A stretch of DNA of 64,000 nucleotides, from NCBI GenBank assembly GCA_004563405.1, contig SFTH01000003.1, forward strand, positions 41,194 to 105,193, written 5' to 3'. This document shows, piece by piece, positions 28,344 to 35,996 of this stretch. The DNA is from a bacterium (GTDB lineage Bacteria; Bacillota; Clostridia; Christensenellales; Aristaeellaceae). How positions within the stretch are numbered: position 1 is the stretch's first letter; each line of letters opens with the position of its first letter. Made by a program: the position numbers and the translations under genes. The notes under the pieces are model-generated. The model was given only the letters and a program-made list of their open reading frames with translations, did no database searches and had not been told where the DNA came from.

Positions 28344-29615
28344 GTGTTTTGTGGACAATGTGGCAAGAAGATAATGGAGAATATGCTGTTCTGCCCCTTC
28401 TGTGGTTCGCCGATCGTGATTCCCGATCAGGACGTCGAGCCCGCCGTCGCATCGAAGGAGGAGCGCGCTGCGGAAGTGCCCGCTGCTGGAAAGCCAGCGG
28501 AGGTGCGCCCGACTGAAGAGGCGCGCCCGACTGAGGAGGCGCGTCCGGCCGCGGAGGCGCGCCCGACCGAGGAGACGCGTCCGGCCGCGGAGGCGCGCCC
28601 GACCGAGGAGACGCGTCCGGCCATGGAGGCGTGCCCGGCCGCGGAGGTGCGTCCGGCCACGGAGGTGTGTTCGAACGCAAATGTATCTCCGGCTGAGGTG
28701 CCGCATCCGGCTGTGCAGGAGACGGCCGCACAGAAGGCGGTCATGACCGGGGCAGCGGAGGAGAGGAAACGGCCGGTGAGTCTGTTTGACAATCTTCCGC
28801 CCGAGGAGCCGCGCCGGGAGGAGCCGTACAAGGAGGAGGCGTTCGTTCCGCTGAGCTTTGACGAGAGTCCGTCTCCGGAGCGGGAGAAGGAGGAGGAAAT
28901 CGAGATCGTTTCGGCCAAGGTGGAGATCGAGGAGAAGCATCCGCGCGGGCCCTCGCGCCGTCCCGAACCTCAGGAGCTTCGGCGGACGGAGAGCGCGCGC
29001 CGACGCGCGTCTCAGACCTTCATTCCCGTCCGGGATGTGGATCTGGACGACATCTTCATGGACGGCGGAAGCGATGAGGACGACTACGATGACTACGATC
29101 TGGACGACGACGGCGACTATCGGGACGATTTCGATTTCGAGGAGCCGGAGCATGGCGGCTTTTTTCAGAGGCACATTCGCGGTCTGGTGGGACTTGCCCT
29201 GCTGGTGATCCTCCTGGTGATCTGTACGGTGTGGGCGTTCTCGGCGAAGGGCCAGCGCACCCTCGCAAAGGCAAATCTCGCCTGGACGGCCCAGCCCTAC
29301 GCGGATCTGGGCTACGAAGCCTACCGGCAGGATTCCGATCTTCTGGCTGCGCGCTACTATGAAAAGGCGTTGGCCCGGGACGAGACGAACTACGAATACG
29401 CCCACAGCGCGATGGTGGCCTATTATGAGGCGGAGGATATTCCTTCCGCTGCGGCCATGCTGAAGAAGTGCATCGCGATGAATCCCGACAGCCCCGAGCC
29501 CTATCAGGAGCTGATGATCCTCTACCCGGACGCTGAGACGCGTCCCTGGGAGGTCCAGGAGCTGCTGCGGCAGGGCTATGAGCGCACCGGAAGCGCGGCG
29601 CTCAAGCAGGACTGA
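28344..29615 (+). CDS. Zinc-ribbon / disordered repeat / TM / TPR membrane protein
   Basis: N-terminal CGQCG...CPFCG zinc ribbon, EARPxE hexapeptide repeats, an acidic stretch, TM segment LVGLALLVILLVICTVWAF, and C-terminal TPR-like helices. GTG start with a GGGAGGG RBS. Confidence 0.7.
   Translation: MFCGQCGKKIMENMLFCPFCGSPIVIPDQDVEPAVASKEERAAEVPAAGKPAEVRPTEEARPTEEARPAAEARPTEETRPAAEARPTEETRPAMEACPAAEVRPATEVCSNANVSPAEVPHPAVQETAAQKAVMTGAAEERKRPVSLFDNLPPEEPRREEPYKEEAFVPLSFDESPSPEREKEEEIEIVSAKVEIEEKHPRGPSRRPEPQELRRTESARRRASQTFIPVRDVDLDDIFMDGGSDEDDYDDYDLDDDGDYRDDFDFEEPEHGGFFQRHIRGLVGLALLVILLVICTVWAFSAKGQRTLAKANLAWTAQPYADLGYEAYRQDSDLLAARYYEKALARDETNYEYAHSAMVAYYEAEDIPSAAAMLKKCIAMNPDSPEPYQELMILYPDAETRPWEVQELLRQGYERTGSAALKQD
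28500..28679 (+). repeat. Tandem 18-nt coding repeat: nine good units plus one degenerate
   Basis: Units GAGGCGCGCCCGACCGAG / GAGACGCGTCCGGCCGCG alternate. 28554-28589 and 28590-28625 form near-identical 36-nt super-units. Confidence 0.9.
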
Positions 29616-29669
29616 CGCGCATAGCCGCACCCTCCGGCGGGCAGACTTCGCCTGAGGGAGGGAAGAAGC

Positions 29670-29858
29670 ATGCATGAGAATTCCTTGGAAGAGACGGAAA
29701 ATGTGATCAGCGCCACTGAATGCACGGGCCTGCTGCCCGCACTGTCGGTGGAGAATCCGGAACCGGATGAAAACGCGGCGCGGCTCTATGCGATTCACGC
29801 GCCCGAACGGAGAAAGACAAAGAAATGGGAAGGAAAGGAAAGCGGGCGACGGTCGTGA
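29670..29858 (+). CDS. Small hypothetical ORF (62 aa)
   Basis: GGAGGG RBS 8 nt upstream. No recognisable family. Its 3' end overlaps the next small ORF. Confidence 0.25.
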   Translation: MHENSLEETENVISATECTGLLPALSVENPEPDENAARLYAIHAPERRKTKKWEGKESGRRS

Positions 29859-29992
29859 GCGTCATCGTCGCAGGGACGCTGGTGATTGTGCTGTTGACGG
29901 CGGGGACGGTGCTGCGCATGCGCACCCGGGATGTGAGCCTCGCGGAGGCGTTCCGCACGTTCGTATACGATACGTTCCACCCGTGGCAGTAA
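29825..29992 (+). CDS. Small hypothetical single-pass membrane protein (55 aa); not in the ORF track
   Basis: Read by hand: MGRKGKRATVVSVIVAGTLVIVLLTAGTVLRMR... Basic N terminus plus a TM segment. Confidence 0.3.
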   Translation: MGRKGKRATVVSVIVAGTLVIVLLTAGTVLRMRTRDVSLAEAFRTFVYDTFHPWQ

Positions 29993-30034
29993 ACGACGCT
30001 GCCCGCGATTTCAAAGGACACAGGAGGTAGAGAG

Positions 30035-30751
30035 ATGAGCAACATTCCCACGCCCCATATCAACGCGAAAGCGGGCGACTTTGCAAAGACGGTGCTGATG
30101 CCGGGCGATCCGCTGCGGGCCAGGTACATTGCGGAACACTATCTCACGGACGCGCGCCTGGTGAACAACGTGCGCGGCGTGCAGGGTTACACCGGAAGCT
30201 ACAAGGGAAAGCAGGTTTCTGTGATGGCCAGCGGCATGGGCATGCCGTCCATAGGCATCTATTCCTACGAGCTGTACAACTACTACGGCGTGGAGAACAT
30301 CATTCGCGTGGGCTCTGCCGGAGCCATGAGCGACAAGCTGAAGCTGCGGGACATCGTGGCGGGCATGAGCGCCTACACGACCTCCAACTACGGATACCAG
30401 TTCGGCTTTGACGGGACGCTCGCTCCCTGCTGCTCCTACGAGCTGTTGACGAAGGCAGTGGCCGCGGCGGAGCGCCTGGGACAGCCCATCGTGCCGGGCC
30501 CGGTGTTCTCCAGCGACTGCTTCTATGAACAAGGCGGCTACGAGACTGCCTCCGCAAAGCTGATGAAGTTGGGCGTCCTCTGTGTCGAGATGGAGGCCTA
30601 CGCCCTCTATCTGAACGCTGCGGCGGCCGGGAAGAACGCGCTGGCGCTGCTGACCATCTCGGACAGCATCGTCACCGGAGAATCCCTGCCGGCGGAGGAC
30701 CGGCAGAACACCTTCACGAAGATGATGGAAATTGCCCTGGAGATCGCCTGA
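30035..30751 (+). CDS. deoD: Purine nucleoside phosphorylase, DeoD type
   Basis: GDPLRARYIAE, SGMGMPSIGIYSYEL and VEMEAYALY motifs. Confidence 0.9.
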   Translation: MSNIPTPHINAKAGDFAKTVLMPGDPLRARYIAEHYLTDARLVNNVRGVQGYTGSYKGKQVSVMASGMGMPSIGIYSYELYNYYGVENIIRVGSAGAMSDKLKLRDIVAGMSAYTTSNYGYQFGFDGTLAPCCSYELLTKAVAAAERLGQPIVPGPVFSSDCFYEQGGYETASAKLMKLGVLCVEMEAYALYLNAAAAGKNALALLTISDSIVTGESLPAEDRQNTFTKMMEIALEIA

Positions 30752-30818
30752 AGAGGAACGAAAGCGGAGGGGGCGCAAAACTGCGCTCCCTCCGCTTTTT
30801 GTGAACTTCTGCCGGGAA

Positions 30819-31442
30819 TTACATTTTTCGCTTGAGTTCGGTGATCACCAGGTCGCCCACTACGGTGCGATCCTCGGCGGAGAAGGCCTGGGGAAAGTTG
30901 TCCGAGAAGAGGATCTGGGCGTTGGGCGGGAATTCCTCGTCGCCCTCCCAGACGATCAGGCGGATCTCATAGCCCGGCAGCACCTCGATCTGATAGGAGG
31001 CGTCGCCGTGCTTCAGGGGAACGGCCGGCGTCTTTGCGGCGGCAGCGCGGAAGGCCTCCAGGCGCGTGCCGAAGGTGAAGGCAGCGCGGTTCAGACATCT
31101 TCCGGTGAAGGGCTTGAGATACACATCGCCCCAGGGCATCTCCCGGTAGGGCAGGAACGCGCCGCTGCCGCACGAGGCGCACCCCTCCAGCAGGTGGCGG
31201 ATCAACAGAATCTGCGCCGGAATGTTTACGAGGGCCAGTGCGTCCGAATGGTCACATTCGATGCGGAATTCCGGCCAGAAGACGCGATAGTCCTCATAGA
31301 GCAGGCGCATGCAGAAGCACCCCTGGGCCGCGTCGTAGGCGCATGCCGTGCGCGCAGCGGCCTCCTCCGGGTCGAGCTTGTGAAAGAGCTCCACATAGTG
31401 CTCGAGGGGCACCATTTCCTTGTTGTTTTCAACGGCGGGCAT
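30819..31442 (-). CDS. DUF3786-like protein
   Basis: About 200 aa. Placed 12 nt after the RACo gene, with its GAGGAGG RBS in the RACo 3' end. Family assignment is from memory of typical DUF3786 sequences and synteny. Confidence 0.55.
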   Translation of the reverse strand: MPAVENNKEMVPLEHYVELFHKLDPEEAAARTACAYDAAQGCFCMRLLYEDYRVFWPEFRIECDHSDALALVNIPAQILLIRHLLEGCASCGSGAFLPYREMPWGDVYLKPFTGRCLNRAAFTFGTRLEAFRAAAAKTPAVPLKHGDASYQIEVLPGYEIRLIVWEGDEEFPPNAQILFSDNFPQAFSAEDRTVVGDLVITELKRKM

Positions 31443-31454
31443 GGTTGAGCCTCC

Positions 31455-33380
31455 TCACTCCGCCAGGCTCGGGAAGAGCTCGGCGTTGGTGTGGGGCAGG
31501 AAGCAGGCGGCCATGAATTCATCCATATAGCCCGGCGTGGTGCTCAGCTCCACATAGGTCATGGACTGAGCGAGTTCCTCCACCTTGTCCCGGGCCTGAT
31601 CGGACATGACCATGGCGTAAGCGCCCGCGAGGGAGGAATTGCCGATGTAGGTGAAGCGGTCCAGCTCGATGTCCGGGAACATGCCGATGCGCACGCTGTT
31701 GCGCATGTTGATGCCGCTGCCGATGCCGCCGGCGACGTACATGTGCTCCACGCAGCTCACGTCCATATCCAGGGACTTGAGGAGTGTGCAGATGGCGGAG
31801 AAGATGGCGCCCTTGGCGCGGATGAAGTTGTCAATGTCCACGATGTTGATGGTCACATCGCGGCCGGACTCGGATTCCTCCGCGAAGGCCAGCACATAGC
31901 AGTCGAAGCCGTTGGCGTCCTGGGAGATGCGGCGGCCCTCGCGCACGAACTGCCCCTTGGCGCTGATGATGCCGGTGTGGAACAGCTCAGCGATCACGTC
32001 GATGATGCCGGAGCCGCACAGGCCAACGGGTTTCTGGCCCTCGGGGCCGATGATGCGGAAGCTGGGCTCCATGGTCTCCGGGTCGATGGTGCAGGCCTCG
32101 ATGGCGCCGTCGGTGGCGCGCATGCCGCAGGAGATGTCGCCGCCCTCGAAGGCCGGGCCCGCGGAGCAGGCGCAGGACATCAGGAAGTCCCGGTTGCCGA
32201 AGACGATTTCGCCGTTGGTGCCCAGGTCGATGAACAGGGAGAGCTCGTCCCGGTTCCAGATCATGCTCATCAGCGTGCCGGCGGTGATGTCGCCGCCCAC
32301 ATAGCTGCCGATGTTCGGCGCGAGGATGATCTGCGCCTGCGCGTTGGCGGGCAGGTTCAGATCCCGGGCCATCAGGCCGTCCCAGCTGAAGAAGGCGGGA
32401 ATGTAGGGCTCCGTGCGCACCGGGTCCGCGTCCGTGCCCACGAAGAGGTGGTTCATGGTGGTATTGGCGGCCACGCAGATGCTCAGCACGCGCTCCGGGG
32501 AGATGTTCGCCTGGGCATACATGGCGCGCATCAGCGGCTCCAGCGTCTCCTTGAGAATCGCGTCCTGCAGGCGCTTCTTTCCGCCGGGGCGGGTGGATTC
32601 AATGATGCGGTTGATGACGTCCGCACCGTAGCGAATCTGTCCGTTGCCCGTGGAGCCCTTGGCCAGCAGCGCGCCGGTTTCCAGATCGGTGAGCACCGCG
32701 GTGACGGTGGTGGTGCCGATGTCGATGGCCACGCCGCACATGGGCGCTTCGTCTGCGGCGGAGGATACGGTCATCAGTTCAAAGATATTTCCGTCCTGGC
32801 GGCCGCAGCAGCGCACGCTCCAGCCGCTCTCCCGCAGGGTGGAGGGCAGGTGAAGAAGAACGCTGTGGGGGATGCGCACCTCGTCCACGTCCAGCTCCGC
32901 GCAAAGCGCACGGGAGAGACGCTCGTTGTCGGGCATGGTATCGTCCAGACTGGGCGCGTCCAGGGAGACGGTGGCGCTCAGAAAGCTGTTGATGAAGTGA
33001 ATGTCCGCAGCCTCGACGCTGGCCTTGGCCTCGTTAAAGATGCGCACTTCCTCGCCGGTGCTCAGATCGGCGGTCTTCATGCGGGATTTGTAGGCGGAGG
33101 CGATGTCCGGAACGGCGATGACCACGTCGCTCAGGATGCGGCTGTTGCAGGCCAGGCGCCAGCCCTGGGCGTATTCCTCATCAGAGATGTGGCGGGATTT
33201 CGGGGAGTCCAGCTCGCCCTCGACCAGGCGCACGCGGCACTTGCCGCAGGAGCCGTTGCCCGAGCAGGGCGCGTCGATTGCAACGTTTGCCTTGCGGGCG
33301 ACCTCCAACAGGTTCTCCTGTTCGGCGGCAAAGATTTCCCGGTCATCGCCGTGCTCGAAGCGGAAGGTGACTTTCAGCAT
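31455..33380 (-). CDS. Corrinoid reductive activase (RACo/AcsV-type): 2Fe-2S ferredoxin plus ASKHA ATPase
   Basis: N-terminal plant-type ferredoxin CSGNGSCGKCRV. Large ASKHA body (GVAIDIGTTTV, DLGTNGEIV). Start at MLKVTF with a GAGGAG RBS. Confidence 0.8.
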   Translation of the reverse strand: MLKVTFRFEHGDDREIFAAEQENLLEVARKANVAIDAPCSGNGSCGKCRVRLVEGELDSPKSRHISDEEYAQGWRLACNSRILSDVVIAVPDIASAYKSRMKTADLSTGEEVRIFNEAKASVEAADIHFINSFLSATVSLDAPSLDDTMPDNERLSRALCAELDVDEVRIPHSVLLHLPSTLRESGWSVRCCGRQDGNIFELMTVSSAADEAPMCGVAIDIGTTTVTAVLTDLETGALLAKGSTGNGQIRYGADVINRIIESTRPGGKKRLQDAILKETLEPLMRAMYAQANISPERVLSICVAANTTMNHLFVGTDADPVRTEPYIPAFFSWDGLMARDLNLPANAQAQIILAPNIGSYVGGDITAGTLMSMIWNRDELSLFIDLGTNGEIVFGNRDFLMSCACSAGPAFEGGDISCGMRATDGAIEACTIDPETMEPSFRIIGPEGQKPVGLCGSGIIDVIAELFHTGIISAKGQFVREGRRISQDANGFDCYVLAFAEESESGRDVTINIVDIDNFIRAKGAIFSAICTLLKSLDMDVSCVEHMYVAGGIGSGINMRNSVRIGMFPDIELDRFTYIGNSSLAGAYAMVMSDQARDKVEELAQSMTYVELSTTPGYMDEFMAACFLPHTNAELFPSLAE

Positions 33381-33415
33381 ATCTCTACTCCTCATTCAAT
33401 GGTTTTTCTTTGAAT

Positions 33416-33444
33416 ATTCTACATCAAAATGCAGCTTCTGACAA
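33416..33444 (-). promoter_or_regulatory. Candidate sigma-A promoter of the RACo-DUF3786 operon (TTGTCA-17-TAGAAT)
   Basis: The minus strand reads TTGTCA at 33444-33439 and TAGAAT at 33421-16, with a 17-nt spacer. Confidence 0.5.
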
Positions 33445-33492
33445 GTGGAAACCTGCGTGCGTTTCCCACCCCGTGGCGTGCGTATGCGCGGC

Positions 33493-34635
33493 TCAGTACA
33501 ACGTGAAGCTGTACAGCTTGCCCTTGTTGCCCTCGCGGATGAAGTAAAGCGTGTAGGCGGTGGGATAGGTCTTGACGGTGCTCTTTGAAAAGCGCGCCAC
33601 ATAGTCAAACTCCACATGGCAGGAGAAGCAGGTCTCCGAATACAGGCGGTAGTCCGAGGTGACGATGTTTTCGTAGGTCGCGCCCTGATGGCGCGTGCCC
33701 CAGGTGTTGTCGAAGTCGTTGATGCTCTGATAGGCCGGCGAGTTCCGGGCGCAGTACTTCAGCACGCTGCCCTTCTCCATGTCCTTAGCCAGGTAACCGG
33801 CGATGTTTTTTGCGATTCTGATCACGCTCTCCTCGCATTGCGTCTTCAGCTCCGGATTTTCGGGCAGCGGACAGGACCAGCTTTGTTCGCCGTCCTGCAC
33901 CGGCGTCTGCGCATTCCCGGCGGCGTCGGTCACGGTGATCTCGGGTGCATCCGTCTCCGAGAGGAAGGCGTAGCGGACTAGCGTCGGGCTGGGCACGCCC
34001 TCGGGCAGCTGGCCCGCGGAGGCGGTGGCGATGTCGGCGAGCGCAACGTCGTTGGCGCTCAGGAGCACTCCGTTCACCGTTACGTTGTAATCGGAGGGCA
34101 CGGTGATGGTACAGGGAACGGTCTCAACCGCGGGGGCTTCGGTGGGCGCGGCCGCGGGCTCCGGCGCAGCCTGTACGGTTACGCAGGTGGACAGGGAGCC
34201 GAGCGTCCAGAGCCGGTTTCCGCGGGGCGTCTGCGCACCGCTGGGAACGAGGGTGAATTCGGCAAAGCGGTCGCCGTCGAGATAGACGTTGTAGTGACGC
34301 TCGTCCTCGCTGGGCGAGTAGGCCTCGCTCCAGGAGACAGTCTTCCCCTGCGCGAGGGCGCGCATGCTGTCGACGTAGAATTCGCGGTCGCCGCCGGAGA
34401 TGGCCTCCATGGAGGCGTCCAGATTGCAGATGGTTTCAAAGTCGCCGGATTCGAACAGCTGCGCCGTCGTCTCCGCCGTGTAGATGGGCTGTGCGGATTC
34501 ATAGTCCAGCAGCACGCCATCCAGCGCGCGGACGCCCACGACGATGGCAGCGATGCAGAGCAGCACCAGAAGGAAGTATACCTGATAGAAGCGGCTGCGG
34601 AGAATGCTCCGCCTTCTCTTGCGTTTCTTAGCCAT
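33493..34635 (-). CDS. Hypothetical N-terminally anchored extracytoplasmic protein
   Basis: KKRKRRR plus a TM anchor. No recognisable family. GGAGG RBS. Starts 12 nt after the upstream gene. Confidence 0.6.
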   Translation of the reverse strand: MAKKRKRRRSILRSRFYQVYFLLVLLCIAAIVVGVRALDGVLLDYESAQPIYTAETTAQLFESGDFETICNLDASMEAISGGDREFYVDSMRALAQGKTVSWSEAYSPSEDERHYNVYLDGDRFAEFTLVPSGAQTPRGNRLWTLGSLSTCVTVQAAPEPAAAPTEAPAVETVPCTITVPSDYNVTVNGVLLSANDVALADIATASAGQLPEGVPSPTLVRYAFLSETDAPEITVTDAAGNAQTPVQDGEQSWSCPLPENPELKTQCEESVIRIAKNIAGYLAKDMEKGSVLKYCARNSPAYQSINDFDNTWGTRHQGATYENIVTSDYRLYSETCFSCHVEFDYVARFSKSTVKTYPTAYTLYFIREGNKGKLYSFTLY

Positions 34636-34647
34636 GTTCTGCCTCCG

Positions 34648-35775
34648 TCAGCGCACGATGAAAGCCGTGGGCAGCCTGCGCGAGCCCGTCAGCGTGACGC
34701 CGTTGTTCAGATATTCGCCGTTGTAATACAGCATGGACGAGGAGCCGCCGTCCAGATTGACCGCGTTTACGGCACCGTAGTCCAGCATGATCTTGATCAG
34801 ATCGGCGTAAGAGGCGCCGATGCTGTTGGCCTGGCGTCCGTCGATGACCAGCATGAGCACCGCGCCGTCCGCGCGCTGGCCGATGGCCGTGCGCGGGTTC
34901 AGGCCGGAGCTCGCGCCCTTCACCGGCGCGGGTTCTCCGTTGTAGACAAGCACCGGGCCGAAGGCGAGTGCGTCGCGCAATCCCTGCTCCTTGGCTTCGG
35001 CGGTGGAAAAGCGACCGAAGACGAGGATGTCGTCCTGGTTGAAGCCCACGGTGATGTCGTGAATGGAGGAGGTGTTGGCCTTGTGGAGCAGCTTGCCTTC
35101 GGAGACCACGAGGCCGGTGGGCGTGCCGCCGTTGCCCTGGCCGTTGGTATCCTCGAACGCGCCCCCGTTGATCGCCGCCACCGCGTCGTAGCGCTGCGCG
35201 ATTTCGTGCAGCAGAAGCCCAGGCTTGGAATTGAAGCCGTCCCGACAGACGCCGACGCTTACGCGGGAGGGATCCTGCACGATCATCATGTAGCCGTTGT
35301 AGGTGCCGCCCTGTACGTCAAAAATGGAGATTCCGTCCTCTTCGTACAGCGGGGGTACGGTGGGTTCAGACGTAATCAGATCCGCTGCGTTCGGAGCCGG
35401 GGTGACTTCCGGCGCGGGCGCCTCGGGCGTGGGTTGCGCGATGACGATGAGGCTGGTGTCCGCCTCCTCCTGAACCTCGCCGAGCTGATTGCGCGCGACG
35501 ATGGCTTCGATTTCGGGTTCGCTGTAATAGATGCGGGGCACGAACTTCAGCGCGCTGGTCTCCAGCATGGTCACGGTCAACAGGTCGGCCACCGTCCGGG
35601 AGGGGCCCAGGAAGGCCGAATGTCCCGCGCTCAGCAGCGCAGCCAGAAGAAGGACGATGACGGTGAGCAGGGAGAGCGTGCAGCGCCAGAGGACGCGGCG
35701 AATCTTGCGCCGCCGGCGCAGCTTTGCTCTGCGGGCCTTGCGTGCTGCGGCGCTTTTGTTCATTTTTTCGGGCAT
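34648..35775 (-). CDS. Phosphodiester glycosidase family protein (NAGPA/DUF2233-like), membrane anchored
   Basis: AINGGAFED..., NPRTAIGQRADGAVLMLVIDGRQ and NLDGGSSS motifs. Basic N terminus plus TM. Start at MPEK with a GGAGGA RBS. Confidence 0.75.
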   Translation of the reverse strand: MPEKMNKSAAARKARRAKLRRRRKIRRVLWRCTLSLLTVIVLLLAALLSAGHSAFLGPSRTVADLLTVTMLETSALKFVPRIYYSEPEIEAIVARNQLGEVQEEADTSLIVIAQPTPEAPAPEVTPAPNAADLITSEPTVPPLYEEDGISIFDVQGGTYNGYMMIVQDPSRVSVGVCRDGFNSKPGLLLHEIAQRYDAVAAINGGAFEDTNGQGNGGTPTGLVVSEGKLLHKANTSSIHDITVGFNQDDILVFGRFSTAEAKEQGLRDALAFGPVLVYNGEPAPVKGASSGLNPRTAIGQRADGAVLMLVIDGRQANSIGASYADLIKIMLDYGAVNAVNLDGGSSSMLYYNGEYLNNGVTLTGSRRLPTAFIVR

Positions 35776-35943
35776 AGCAATCCATTCCTCCAAATAACTC
35801 TCCTTCTATTATACACATTTTTACACTATATGCCATAGAATTGTCATTATTTTAACCGAAGATCAAAGACGGGAGAAAAACAGAACGCAATTGCCTGCGC
35901 ATGCCGCGGGTGCGCTCTGTGTTTCCGAATCGGCACGTCCAGA

Positions 35944-35976
35944 GCAAAATAAGCGGCCGCCCCTCGGGGCGGCCGC
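35944..35976 (-). terminator. Intrinsic terminator of acsB
   Basis: GCGGCCGCCCC/GGGGCGGCCGC stem, followed on the minus strand by TTATTTT. Confidence 0.7.
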
Positions 35977-35996
35977 AGATGGAAGACTGTGTGTGC

